DNA from: Fonticula alba ATCC 38817
Taxonomy: Eukaryota; Protista; Nucleariida
Reading direction: 5' to 3' (one strand)
Assembly (NCBI GenBank): GCA_000388065.2
Contig: KB932201.1
DNA: 46,947 nt
Shown here: positions 11,813 to 23,336 of the stretch, one piece after another
How the letters are laid out: every line of letters begins with the position of its first letter
How positions within the stretch are numbered: the stretch's first letter is position 1
Notes under the pieces: generated by a model
What the model was told of the DNA's origin: nothing
Seen by the model: only the letters and a program-made list of their open reading frames with translations
Databases searched by the model: none
Program-made: the position numbers and the translations under genes

Positions 11813-13285
11813 GGCCTCACGGGGACAGGGACGCGTGGTCTTGGAGGGGGGGGGGGGAGAAGGGGGCAGGACTTGCGCGNNNNNNNNNNNNNNNNNNNNN
11901 NNNNNNNNNNNNNNNNNNNNNNNNNNNNNNNNNNNNNNNNNNNNNNNNNNNNNNNNNNNNNNNNNNNNNNNNNNNNNNNNNNNNNNNNNNNNNGGGGGGG
12001 GGGGAGGATCGGGCTAGGGCCGGCTGGAGGCTCGCGCGAGCGCGAGCGGCCGAAAAGCTCTCAGCCGTATGGGAGCCAGCCCTGGCGGCGAGGCGACCGG
12101 AGAAGCTGGGTTTCGATGTCGCCGCCCTTCGTCGGGATGGGCCTAGTGCGTGCCAAAGTGGCGACCAGGGGGAGGGACCGGGTGGCGGGAACGTGGATGT
12201 ATGTATATGCATGTGTGTGCGCAAGAAGGGCCTAGAGGCCGGGGCCGGCGGCCCAGCGCGATCTCGACCCTGTGTGGGGGATCCTTCGCGCCTGGATTTG
12301 GAACACGGCCATGTCTAGCCCCGTCCCCCTGGGTGGGAGACCGGCAGCGGGGGGGGGGGGGGGGGGGGGGCACGACTTGTCATTGTGGGGTGTCTGATCA
12401 GGCAATAACATCCGGCCCAGGAAGGACGCGCCCCCTTCCCTCGGGCGAGCGGGGGATACCTGTTGCCGGTGGCTTGGAGTGAAATCATCCGTGGCCGGCA
12501 TCCCGGGGTGGATGCCGTGGCCGCCGAAGCGCTGGCCGCCAACGGGGTTGCCCGCATCCGGCCGGCCTGGGTTAGTCCGCCCGCAAGGGGCCCGGAGAAA
12601 GGACCCCCCGCCCGACGGGGGGATCCAGCGGCCAAACACGCGCGCACGATCAGGCCGCTCCGCGAGCGGGGGCTGCACAGGGCGGCAGCCATCCAGAAGA
12701 CGCGCGGGGCATTCCCCCCCCCCCCTCGACCGTCTGGAATGCCACTTTGTTGACAAAGTCATCGAGACACTGGCCCCAGCGCGGAAAGGCCAGGCCCACG
12801 AAGAAGGGGTGCCGTAGCACACCTCGCGCCCTGCGCCAGAACAGCTGCTGCCCCACCCCCACCCCCCAGGCTCCTTCTCCCAAAGGGGAGATCAACCAAG
12901 TGGGACCATGAATGCGGCGAACATCCCCCGCCTGCCCGGCTCCGCCGCCCCTGGTTGGCGCGCTGTAAACACGTTCGGGTACCCATCAGCACCCATGCAC
13001 AATGCGTGTACACCCCACACGCCCGCTGCCCGGGCCCCGTAAGTGTACCATTCCAGACAGTGAAAGGTGGGAAGCCAGGCGTGAGTGTGTATGTGTGTAT
13101 GTGTATGTGTGTGTGTGGTCGGGCGGGGGAACCAGACACACAAGAGCCGCCCCCCCTGCCGGGATCGCCCCAGGGAGATGGTCTCACCTGCCCGTGCTCC
13201 GGGTATAATGGTGGTGTCGGGTAATATTGGATGACGGAATGTGTATCACATGTATTACAATGATACCCGATCACATGCCGGCGAC

Positions 13286-13804
13286 TCAGCCGGCCCACGA
13301 CCCCAGCCGGCGACCCTGCCGCGTCAGCCCCTGCAGGACCACCCGTGCGGGCCAGAGATCCACCTGCCGGCGGGTGCGCAGAGCATCAATCGAGTGTCCG
13401 GTCATGGCGACTCTGTCTCGATGAGAAAGCTGCGCTCGGAGGTCAGGGGTGCCGGCAATTCCGCGCGGCGCATGCCCGCCCATCATCCCCACAGAGGGAT
13501 TATCCGACGTGGCAGCCGGCCTGGGGGCACCGCCAACAGGGCCAGGGCCGGGTGTCCGGCTCGGAACCGGGGTCCCCGGGGCAGGTGCCGGGGCGTCCCA
13601 CAGGAACTCAGGCCCAAATGTGCCCTGAGTGTGGTGATTGCCGTGGCGAGTGGACAGCAGCGATGGGTGGCCTGGAGTGAGGGAAGCAGGCACGGTGTCA
13701 AAGGTGCTCGGGGGGAAGGCCGACAAGCTGGCAGGCTCGCCAGGGCGCGAGCGCCGGGTAGCCGGGCCTGGGGTCTGGAAGTTCAAAGCCTGATGAAGAT
13801 GATC

Positions 13805-13836
<32 letters not shown>

Positions 13837-16486
13837 GCGAGTGCTGCGGGTGCTGCGGGTGCTGATACAGACCATCGTCAGCATCATCTCCAAATGGACG
13901 GTGGTCCTGCTGTGAGTGTACAGGGGAAAGATCTGAAGAGGAGGAGGAGGAGGAGGCGGCGGCGACGGCGGCGGATGGTGCGCCGGCAGCCAGGGCAGTC
14001 ATCGGACTGGGGGAGGCGGGTTCGGCGGACGCGGTGGCTACCACGGCCGCCAGCGACCCGACGCGGCGTTGCAAGGATGTGGCCGGGGCCGGGCGGGGCC
14101 GAACAAACAGTGGCGACGCCGTGCCCGGGAAGGAGGTCGGCGGGAGCCGCCGTTGCAGGGCCGGCGAGATGACGGGCGCAAGTGCTGGCAAGGCGGGGCC
14201 CAGGTCCCGGGCTGAAGCTGGGGTCGAAGTCGGGACCGAAGTCGAACCCGACCCAGTACCGGGCTGCAAGGGTTTGGCCAATGACGAGGCCGGGCGCGAG
14301 GCGACCGGCGGGGGCGGCGGCTGGCTTCTCGGGGAGGAAGCCCTCGTGGGGCTGAGATCCGACGATGCCAGGGGGATGGAGATGTTGTCCAGTGGCGACA
14401 TGCCATCAGGCCCCGGCACCTGGCTGGGCTCAATCGGCGAGAAGGCCAGCAGGTTTGACAGGAGTTGCGAGCGCCGGGGGGTGGTGAAATCGAGGTCCCC
14501 CCCTGGGACGGGTGCCCCGCCAGGCTGGGGGGTGCTCACTGCCAGAGAACCAGCAGGCCGGGTGGGGCGCTCGGGTGTGTGAAAGTGCCGGTCCAGGCGA
14601 GGGGGCTGCCCAGGCGAACTGTCATGGCGCGGGCGCTTGCTCGAGGGAAGGGGAGAGACTGGCGGAAGGGGGATCGGCCGACCTGTGGGCCTCCGTTCGG
14701 CGGAGGAGGGCTGCCAGGTGGGGGCAGCATCCGCAGGCTCGGCCGAGGCCGGGGACTTTGGAGGAGCATCATCGCCAGAGCCAGCAGAAGCCAGGGCATC
14801 GGGGGGACTCGGCGTGGTTTGGTTGCTGGCCCCATTCGCCACTGGGGAAGACATTCCGATGGCCGCCACGTCGGCGCTTGGCGGGGGTGACAACTGATCG
14901 CTGCTCGGGACCGCGATCGGCGGTGCCGCAGCGACAGGCCGGGCAGGAGCAGCTGGAGATGCAGTCACCGGGCCCCCCGTGGCCAAGGTCGCTTCTCCCG
15001 GGGCGGAGTTGCTGCCCAGCGAGCCGCGGGTGATGGATGTCCGTCTGGATGGGCTGTTGGCACGGTGCACATTGCCGGTTGCCGGAATGTCGGAAGCAGC
15101 TTCTTTGGCCGTGTTCGAGGATTGTTGAACTTCACGGAGGCGCCTTTCGAGGGGACAGTGGTCGGGGACATATCAGCAAACGGACAACCCCACAGAGGGG
15201 GGTCACTTGGGGCAAGGGCATCCTCTGCCGGGAGTACCTCTGAATGTCAGCCAGCCGGGCCTGCTTCTCCTGCACCCGGCTCCGCAGCTCCGACAGGAGT
15301 TGCGACGAGCCGATGAGATCGTCATCAGTGCCATCGGCAGGAACGTCGCTGGACTGGGAAGAAAAGCGCCGACACTCGCCGCGGTCGATCCGTGCAGCCA
15401 TATCTGGGATAGGTTGGAGGGCACACGGAGGAGGGGCAGGAGAGGGGGGGGGGGGCGGGAGCAGAGGCGCGGGCGAGGGTCGGAGTGAGTAGCATGCATC
15501 TCCAGGGTCAAACGCATGAGAGGCCACAAAGGAAAGCACGGGCAGTGGTGGTGGGGGCGGGGAAAAGCCACACACACCTCGGAGCCCATCAACCGCCAGG
15601 AGGGCCACATCATCAGGCGTGGCATCGGCCTTGAGCAGCTGTCGGGCCACCAGCCGCGAACAGAGGTTCAAATGGTGTTCGCGCTTGGTTGTCGTCGTCA
15701 TCGCCGTCGGCGGCAGACGGGGGGCAACACCAGCGGCGGCACAAGAGTCCATGGTCAGTAGAAGGCGGGGAGTTTGATGGGGAGAAAGGGAGCCAAGGGG
15801 GGTACCATCTGCCGAACCGTGGACGCAAGGTGATCCCGGCGCTGCATTAGCTTGTTAACCTGATCCAGAAGGACCTCGCGCGAACGCTTCGCAAGTGCAT
15901 CGGGGCCATGCCTGTCAGTGACTTACACATGTTGAGGGGAGTCGCATGGCAAGAGGAGAGGGGGGAGGAAGGGAAGACAGGGAAGCGCCGGAGGACGCAT
16001 CCGAGCTCGGCGTACCTGAGATGAGGCTAACGCGCGCTTACGATCGGAAATGGCCAGGAAGGAGCGATCAGCGTGGGGGAGGGGGATGTCCCCATGGCCG
16101 CGGAGGGGCGGCCGCGGTGCGGAAGCGGGCCGGCTCTGGAGGTATGCCCCGCCGCGGAATCGTGATGGCGACAGGTCGCCCGGCGCCGGTGCCCCCGAGG
16201 CCGGGCCTACACTCAGGGAGGGATCAGCCTGGCGGAGCGAGGCCATCAGTTGCGAGGAAGAAGTAGCCAAAGGGGGAATGCTCGAAGCCAGAAGGGGAGC
16301 CGGTGGCATGGGAGGAGATGTGTCTTCATCCATGGCCGGGAGCGCCGGCGAGGGGCCGGCCGATCCGGATCGGCCGCCCTGGGACCGGGCCGGCGTCCGA
16401 ACCAGCGTATACCGCGGGAGGAAGGGGTCCGCCGCCGACTTCTCCAGGGGAGTCCCCCCGGAGTGGTCACTCAAGGTGTCCCCCAT
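13286..16486 (-). CDS. Hypothetical protein (~896 aa) with a central helical/coiled-coil region, long Ser/Pro-rich disordered tail and polyQ/H tract; 5 exons
   Basis: Exons 16486-16042, 15921-15806, 15683-15578, 15403-15238 and 15143-13286 join in frame through GT-AG junctions. The product reads SFLAISDLTDRHGPDALAKRSREVLLDQVNKLMQRRDHLASTVRQMREHHLNLCSRL...LSELRSRVQEKQARLADIQRRLREVQQ. No family recognised. Confidence 0.6.
13805..13862 (-). repeat. CAG/CAC trinucleotide tract encoding HPQHPQHSRQQQQQQQQQH
   Basis: (TGC)n on the + strand, in the last exon of the hypothetical gene at 13286-16486. Confidence 0.8.
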
Positions 16487-17012
16487 GTGCCGAACTCGAA
16501 AGAGGGGCGGCCAGGATAGCGCGGCTGGCGGCAGGGGGGGGGGGGCGGGTGTAATTGGGCGTGCGGCGAGGGGAGAGGGGGAACGGGAAAGCGGAGAGGG
16601 GGGCCGCAAGGACGGGAGGGGTTGCTCTGGACCGCCGCGGCGACCGTTGCCCCCCCGCCAGAGAGACACCGGCCCAAATACCCCGGAAGATGTTGCCGAT
16701 CTGAACAATGACCTGCCGCACGTGCCAACGAAGCGGCCGATCGAGGCCCTCCAGAGCGCGAGCACGACCCCCCCCCCCCCGACGGCTGTTCCTCGGGGGA
16801 GGTTGACTGGGGGGGAGGGCATGGGGCCGGGCGCATCCGCGGCGATGTACAAGAGGCGGCGTGGCCCTGCCACACGGACACCTCCGATGGCCGGACACCC
16901 CCCTCGCCTTCTCCCGTCTTCCCCCCGTCCCCTCCCCCTCCCTCTCCCCCTATACACGAAACTCTCCGCACTCCTTTCCCACGTCGTCTGCCCGACCCCC
17001 AGGCCCCTTCCC

Positions 17013-18327
17013 ATGTCCTCGTCTGCTCCCTCTCCCATGGCCAATTCGGACGGCCCGCAAACGCCCGGCCCTGCCCAGGGCGTCTGGCCCTCTTTTTCCG
17101 CGCATTGGGCCGCAATCAAGCGTGATCTGGCCCGCCTGCATGCCGGACAGACGAACCCTTTCTCCTACCCGCCGGAGGACTTCGCCCGCTCGGCTGATGG
17201 CTCCCCCCTCGAGAGCTCGCGGGATTACCTGGAGACCAACGAGGTGATCAACTTCAGCCGGGCCTTCGTGGCCGGCTCAGTGCTGGGGTTTGTTGGTGGC
17301 GGTGTGGTACGTTCGCGCGCTCTCGCTCGCTCTCTCTCTCTCTCTCTCTCCCTCTCTCTCCCGCCCGCGCCCTCCGGGTCCTGTCGTCTTTCGAACTTTT
17401 TCTCTTCCTTCCTGCCCCCCCTTCCCCTGTGGCATGTGCCATGCAGTGTGACTGACAGCGCCGTGCATCGTCACCGACCCCTTCAAGATTGGCTCTGTGG
17501 CCACCTCCTCGGCCGATTGGGACCGTCGGCTGAAGCGCTTCGGCCGGGCCGACGTCGACCCGACCATCAAGCTGAATTCCCTCTCCAGCGCGGATCGCAT
17601 GAAGTTCCACACTGCCCGTGCGCCGGTTATGTTGTCATGTACGTCCCCTTGTCTTCTTGCCGGTCTTGTTAGTTCTCTGACTCGCCGGCCTCCTCCCCCC
17701 CCCCGCCCCTCCCCCTGACCTTGCGCCATCCCCTCATTCCCCCATTGTCTCGCGGTGTTTCCCCCGTCTGCCGGGCTTGCGCGGCAACCGGCAGCTCTCT
17801 TCATGAATGGCATGGTCACTGCCGCCCGAGCGGGTCTCTTTTGCGCGACCTTCTTCACGGTGGCCGGCGCCGTGTCCCTCGGCATGACGCACCTGCTGAC
17901 CCGGGGCAAGTCCAGCGCCGAGGAGTCTTCGACGGCCGCGGAGCCGGCGGCGATCGCCGCTCCCCCGTCCGAGCCGTCGGCCATCCAGCGCTGGGGGCCT
18001 CATCTCCGGGGCACCGTCTCCTTCGGCGTGGCATCCCTAGTGCTAACCGGCCTCTATGGAGCGATGCTCTTCCGCCGGGGCCGGCTCTTTGGCATTGAGA
18101 CCCAGCGCATGGCTCTCAGCCAGGATGGCCTGCTTTTGGGGCAGTCGGCGCGGCCGCTCCTGCCGACCGGGGCAGCCTCCGCTGCTGGCTCCTCAAGCGG
18201 CCCGCTGCGCTCGCCCTCGGAGAATGCCCAGTCCATGGTGCGGTCCTTCTCGGTGGTCAGCATCCTGCTTGGTACCCTGACCGGTGCGCTGGTGGACCTG
18301 CGTGCCTGGCTCCATTCTAAGATGTAG
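17013..18327 (+). CDS. Tim17/Tim22/Tim23-family membrane protein, TIMMDC1-like; 3 exons, ~325 aa
   Basis: Exons 17013-17306, 17488-17638 and 17795-18327. Four Gly-rich hydrophobic segments: AFVAGSVLGFVGGGVIG, GMVTAARAGLFCATFFTVAG, VASLVLTGLYGAMLFRRG and VSILLGTLTGAL. The polar loop after TM1 resembles TIMMDC1. The gene model is solid; the family call is by pattern only. Confidence 0.5.
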
Positions 18328-18567
18328 TGCCGTTCTCTCTTTCCCTCTCTCTTGGAGCTTCTTTTTTTCCACCCCTCCCTGCTCTTTGCTTTTCTCCCGA
18401 CTTCGGTCCTCTGTGCCCGGCCAACCCCCCCATAGACACATTTCCCCTTCCAAAGAGCGGTGTCTAAATCAGAGATGAATTATTCTATGAGCGGAGATGG
18501 GGGGAGGGGGCGATGATGAAATGGGCAGATGTCGATTTGGCACAGGTGCACGCGTGGAGGGCGGCGG

Positions 18568-20112
18568 CTACTGGCTCGGAGCCGAGGCGGTCGTCGCAGG
18601 GGTAGCCGAGGCGGTGGTGGCCTCGGCGGTGGCGTCAGGGGCGGCAGAGGCGGCGGCGGCGGCAGCGGCGGCGGCGGCGGCTTCCACCCCCTCGCGCGTG
18701 CGCCGGGCCAGGAAATCATCATTCTCGGCGATGATCGTCTGCACGCTGGCATCCCACTCGTCCACTCCGCGACGCAGAGCCTCCCATTGGCTCGGGGTGG
18801 CCACATGCCACACGCGCATTTCGTTGTCCTTGGACAGGCAGTGCACATCGTACCACACATCCACCGGGGGCAGGCCAAAGAGGGACTCTTGAATTTGGGC
18901 GAAATTGCAGCAGGGGCAGGAAATGATGCCCACCTTCTCGGGCCAGGTTTTCCGGTACGGCGGCAGCAAGTAACGGAGGGCCTCATTTACACCGACATGG
19001 CAGTGCATGAGAACAAGGACAATGTTTTTCTGCGGCACCAACGCGACCAGAAGAAGACGACACGCCAAGAAGCGTCCGGGAGATTGAAGGAGCAATACCA
19101 TGTCAGCTGGTGCTGCCACAGAGGAGACAAACGATGGAGACAGACAGAGAGAGAGAGACAGAGGGAGAAAGAGAGGGAGAGAGAGAGAGAGAGGGAGAGA
19201 GGGAGAACGCACCACCTCCATGTCGCCACAGTGATCGTCCAGGTTGAAGGCCTGGATGGTGGAGCGGACCGGGACCAGGCGATTCACCTCCGACCAGGGC
19301 CCCTTGACCTTCATCAGGGGATCGATGCTGAAGCACTGCCACTTGGTCCGGCAGGCGAACATGATTCCGCCACGGGGGGTGGATCCATCGCCAACGGCCA
19401 GCAAGGCCGTGTGCTTGGAGTCCTGCGGGTCAAAGCCGCCGAGAGCCGCCGCGGCCAGCCCACTGATGCGCGAAGCATCGGTCACCAGGGGGGAGGTCCG
19501 CTTTCGGAACATGTTCTTGGAGGCGGTTTTGAGAGCCTGCTTGGCCAGCAGGTGCGAGAAGCAGGCCGCGAAGCAGGCCATGGTCTCGGTCAGCTCCTTG
19601 GCCGGGCTGTGAATATCAAAGACCTTGCTGCTGAGGATGATCGGCGCGCTGCCGAGGCATCGGATGAACTCATTCAGATAGTGCAGCGACGCGGGCACCC
19701 CGTCGGTGGTCTGCAGACCGCCCTGTGACCCGTCGGCCTCGGTGGCCGCTGCACGGGCCACCGCCATAAACTCGGCCGGGATTTCCCGTGCCGAGGAGGT
19801 CTCGGTGTATGACGCCACGAGGGGCAGGCGCCGATCAATCGGCAGCAGGTTGCGCAGCCGCAATACGCGGATGCTCTTCACGCGGTTGTACAGGAGGGGA
19901 TTGGTCCGGCGGAGCTGGTGCTTCTGCCCGCGCGTCATCCCGGCCAGCAGGTCGGGCCCGGCACCAGCCAGGACCGCCGCCGAGGAAGGAGCCGTGCCCT
20001 GGTCCAGGGTCGAGGCATCTGCAGAGGTGGGATCGGCGACCGAGACGTCCGTCGAGGCCTTGGGATCGACATGGCCAATGGTCGGCAGGGCCGGCGGGCT
20101 GAGCTTCGTCAT
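18568..20112 (-). CDS. Uncharacterised protein with class I SAM-dependent methyltransferase-like motifs; 2 exons
   Basis: Exons 20112-19213 and 19029-18568. Contains LAVGDGSTPRGG (motif I-like), WQCFSIDP (motif II-like acidic strand end), VLVLMHCH and IISCPCC. An additional 5' exon across the 20153-20347 gap cannot be excluded. Confidence 0.55.
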   Translation of the reverse strand: MTKLSPPALPTIGHVDPKASTDVSVADPTSADASTLDQGTAPSSAAVLAGAGPDLLAGMTRGQKHQLRRTNPLLYNRVKSIRVLRLRNLLPIDRRLPLVASYTETSSAREIPAEFMAVARAAATEADGSQGGLQTTDGVPASLHYLNEFIRCLGSAPIILSSKVFDIHSPAKELTETMACFAACFSHLLAKQALKTASKNMFRKRTSPLVTDASRISGLAAAALGGFDPQDSKHTALLAVGDGSTPRGGIMFACRTKWQCFSIDPLMKVKGPWSEVNRLVPVRSTIQAFNLDDHCGDMEVVRSPSLPLSLSLPLFLPLSLSLCLSPSFVSSVAAPADMVLLLQSPGRFLACRLLLVALVPQKNIVLVLMHCHVGVNEALRYLLPPYRKTWPEKVGIISCPCCNFAQIQESLFGLPPVDVWYDVHCLSKDNEMRVWHVATPSQWEALRRGVDEWDASVQTIIAENDDFLARRTREGVEAAAAAAAAAAASAAPDATAEATTASATPATTASAPSQ

Positions 20113-20709
20113 ATCGGGGCGTAGACCCAGGGACAAGGGAGGAGGGGGGGGGNNNNNNNNNNNNNNNNNNNNNNNNNNNNNNNNNNNNNNNNNNNNNNNN
20201 NNNNNNNNNNNNNNNNNNNNNNNNNNNNNNNNNNNNNNNNNNNNNNNNNNNNNNNNNNNNNNNNNNNNNNNNNNNNNNNNNNNNNNNNNNNNNNNNNNNN
20301 NNNNNNNNNNNNNNNNNNNNNNNNNNNNNNNNNNNNNNNNNNNNNNNCCCCCCCCGATGCGCGGGCCCAGGGACCGAGACGGGGGGAGATCGCCGGCCGG
20401 CACTCGGCAAAAGGCCATCTCCACAGAGCTCCACGTGCACCACCGGATGGGCGCTCAGCCGCTAGATCGTTGGGAGCTGGGGTATTTGTTTTGTATTGTT
20501 GCTGGAAAAAAAAGGGCCAGGGCAAGGGATGAGGCCCCCCCCCCCCCTCCCGCCCCCGTTCGGTCCCGCGCCCCGCCGGCGGGCCGGTCGGCAGCAGGGT
20601 CCTCTCCACCCCCGACGAAGGGTCCCCACCATGGGGCAGTGACCACCGCGCAGACCGGGAGGATGAGGGGAGGGGAGAGCGGGCTCATGTGTGTCGGGCC
20701 GGGAGCTGC

Positions 20710-23279
20710 TCAAGCAAACTCGATGGCGATGTTGGTCGACAGGTAGGCCAGATAGAAAACCAGCAGAACAATGGCGTAGTTCCGGCCGGCGCGCCAGCCG
20801 CACACCGGGATCACGATGCCCGACATGACCAGGGACATGAGGAGCCCGGCGAAGGCGGCATACAGGTTGGTGTCGATGGTCAGGGGGTACTCAGCCTCCG
20901 GGTAGGTCATCAGGCGGATGGTGAAGGCAATGCCGAGCCCAAGCAGGAGGTTCAGCAGGGGGCCACCGAAGCAGGCGCTCACGCCGATGGCGGGGAAGCC
21001 CTTGCGCGCGATGGCCGGGTTGGCGATCAAATCTGTGGTGGTGACAGAGCCACAGGCAGAGGAGACGGGCAGGGGGAATGGTGGTGGTGGTAAGGAGGGG
21101 GGGGGTAGTGTAGAGGAGGGGGGGGGGGGAGGTGCGGGGGGGGGGGGGAGGGTGGGGGGGGGGCCACAAAGGGGGGGGGGGGGGAGGGGGGAAAACGCAC
21201 CGCCGATACTGTTGCCCCAAGCCAAAATGGTCAGGCCGAGGATGGTGTCCGACAGGTTGCACAGGCGACCAAGGGTGGCCAGGGCGCCGATGAGCTCACC
21301 ACTGATCAGGTAAATCCACAGAGCAGAAGAGGCAAACCCGACGAAGGAGAAGAACTGAGACCAGCAGAGGAGCACCCAACGAGATGGATCAGTTCAAATG
21401 GCCAGATCAACAACCAAGAGAGAAGGAACGCCAGGGAGGGGGGGGGGAGGGGAGGGGAGGGGAGCAGGGGACCACAAGGCGGGCAGTCCACTAGCGGCAG
21501 GCACAGCGCGTACCGGGAAGAATGGCGGGTCGATGCGGGACTTGGTGAACAGCAGCATCGGGATAGCCAGCAAGGCGCCCAAGCAAGTGAGCAACATCCA
21601 AACGGAGAACTCCGAGTCGCCCGACACCGAGGTATTGAAAACTTTAGCGGCCCGAGCGGCGTATAGAGAAGGATGTCAATCGCACGGCATTGAGGACGCA
21701 GCACCGAGGGAAGCAGCAGCACGCCCAAAAGGCGGGAGAGAAAAAGGACGCGGGAGAAGCGGTGCCACGCCGAGAGGCTACATACCACCAGTCGAGAGGG
21801 CGATCCACAGCGGCACGGTGACGGTGTGGATGACAGACATGTTCTTGTTCCATCCCTTGAGCGCGCGGCCGTGGTCCACGCGCGGGATGGTGCCATGCAT
21901 GAAAAAGACAAATGGCGCGCCGATGATGTTGACAATGCGATCCAGCGGGCTGGACTCGGCCCAGGTAGTCACCACCGGGAAGAGGGCCTCGGTCATGGAA
22001 AGGGTCTGAGCAGGAGAGGGGGAAGGAGGGGGGAAAAGAAAGAGGGCAAAGGGCACATCCGGTAAGCAGGCAGACGCGACAAGGGACAGGGGCATGGCGC
22101 GCTCAGGGACATGGGGGAAGGACTGGCTCCCGCACCTCCGGGTTGAACTCCTCCTCCATGGAGGGCTTCTTGCTGGCAGGCGGATCCGGCCCCAGCAGGG
22201 GAGTAACATCATACACGGGCGATGAGTTTGCCGCCAGGAGCCCCGACGTCTCATTGAAGTTGTACTCCCCGTCGGAAAGAAGGCCATCCTGGGGAATGGA
22301 AGCGAAGCCAGCCAGATGCTCATCGGGCGAGTTGCCCTCGTCATCGGTGTTGTCCTCGGTCGATACCTTGGAGAGGGGCCGACGCGGGCGCAGACCTACA
22401 ACGGAGCGAAAGTCGGGATGTGAGGGAGGGAGGGAGAGAAAACGGGGGGAGGGGAGAGGAAGCAGAGCAAGAACCCAGGGCGGGCAACGTACGGCCCTGC
22501 TTTTGCGCGGCGCTGACGGCCACCGAGTGGATGTTGGAGGCGGAATCATCGATGCCGGCATACTCATCGCCGAACTCGAGGGCTGGCGAGGGGGAGTCCC
22601 CCTCCAGGTCTGGGCTATCGCTGGCGGTGGAGTTGATGGTGTGGGACGTCTCGTCCGGGTCGAGACCGGCGTCGAGAGCGGCCGCTGGAAGAGCCAAACA
22701 AGCGCAGACACGCACGCAGGGGAGAGAGAGAGAGAGAGAGAGAGAGGACGGGGGGCATTGGGTAAGCTCATGTGACACCAACGAGAGAGAGAGGGTGGAG
22801 AGAGGCGGTTGGCCGTTAGCCCGGGGAGAGAGAGGACAGGGAGAGACGTACCAAGACGCTTGGCCTTCATGCGGCGATAGATGAAGTGCCCCACGAAGAC
22901 CGTGATCACGTAGGCCACGTAGAAGCCAATCATCAGGAGGGACTTCCAGAGGGAGATACTACCAACAAGCTTTAGGAGAAGGGGGAGCAAGCGGGATGGG
23001 GAGAGAGAAAGAGAGAGGAAGAAGAAGAAGAAGCGCGACGCCGAGCGGGTGGGTGAGTCAAGCAGGCTAACCAGTAGAAGCACACATCAGGCAGGAAAGG
23101 TGAAGCCGCATATTCCTGGGGAGGCACATACGACATTGAAGAACATGAACAGGACGGCGGCTGTGTAGAAGAGGATGTCCCGAACGAAGGGCCGGCGATT
23201 GACACGGAAAGACTGCTGCATGCCGATGGCCGCAACCACGACCGTGGTCACGAAAACGCCACCGCCTACAGGGGAGAGC

Positions 23280-23336
<57 letters not shown>

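Noticed and set aside
12000-13285. Possible extra gene or upstream coding exons between the DUF2270-like and hypothetical genes
   Set aside because: The ORFs here are low-complexity, include CA/GT microsatellite translations and give no consistent splice path. Probably UTR and promoter.
15750-15752. MDSCAAAG as the start of an independent gene (ORF 15132-15752)
   Set aside because: An upstream exon ending QM|GTACCC splices in frame to the AAG|CGC acceptor, and the in-frame stop is only 2 nt upstream. Treated as intronic, but kept as a finding.
16050-17012. 5' part of the 540-aa plus-strand ORF, apparently extending the Tim17-family gene
   Set aside because: It overlaps exon 1 of the minus-strand hypothetical gene and the C/G-run-rich divergent promoter. 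The credible start is ATG 17013.
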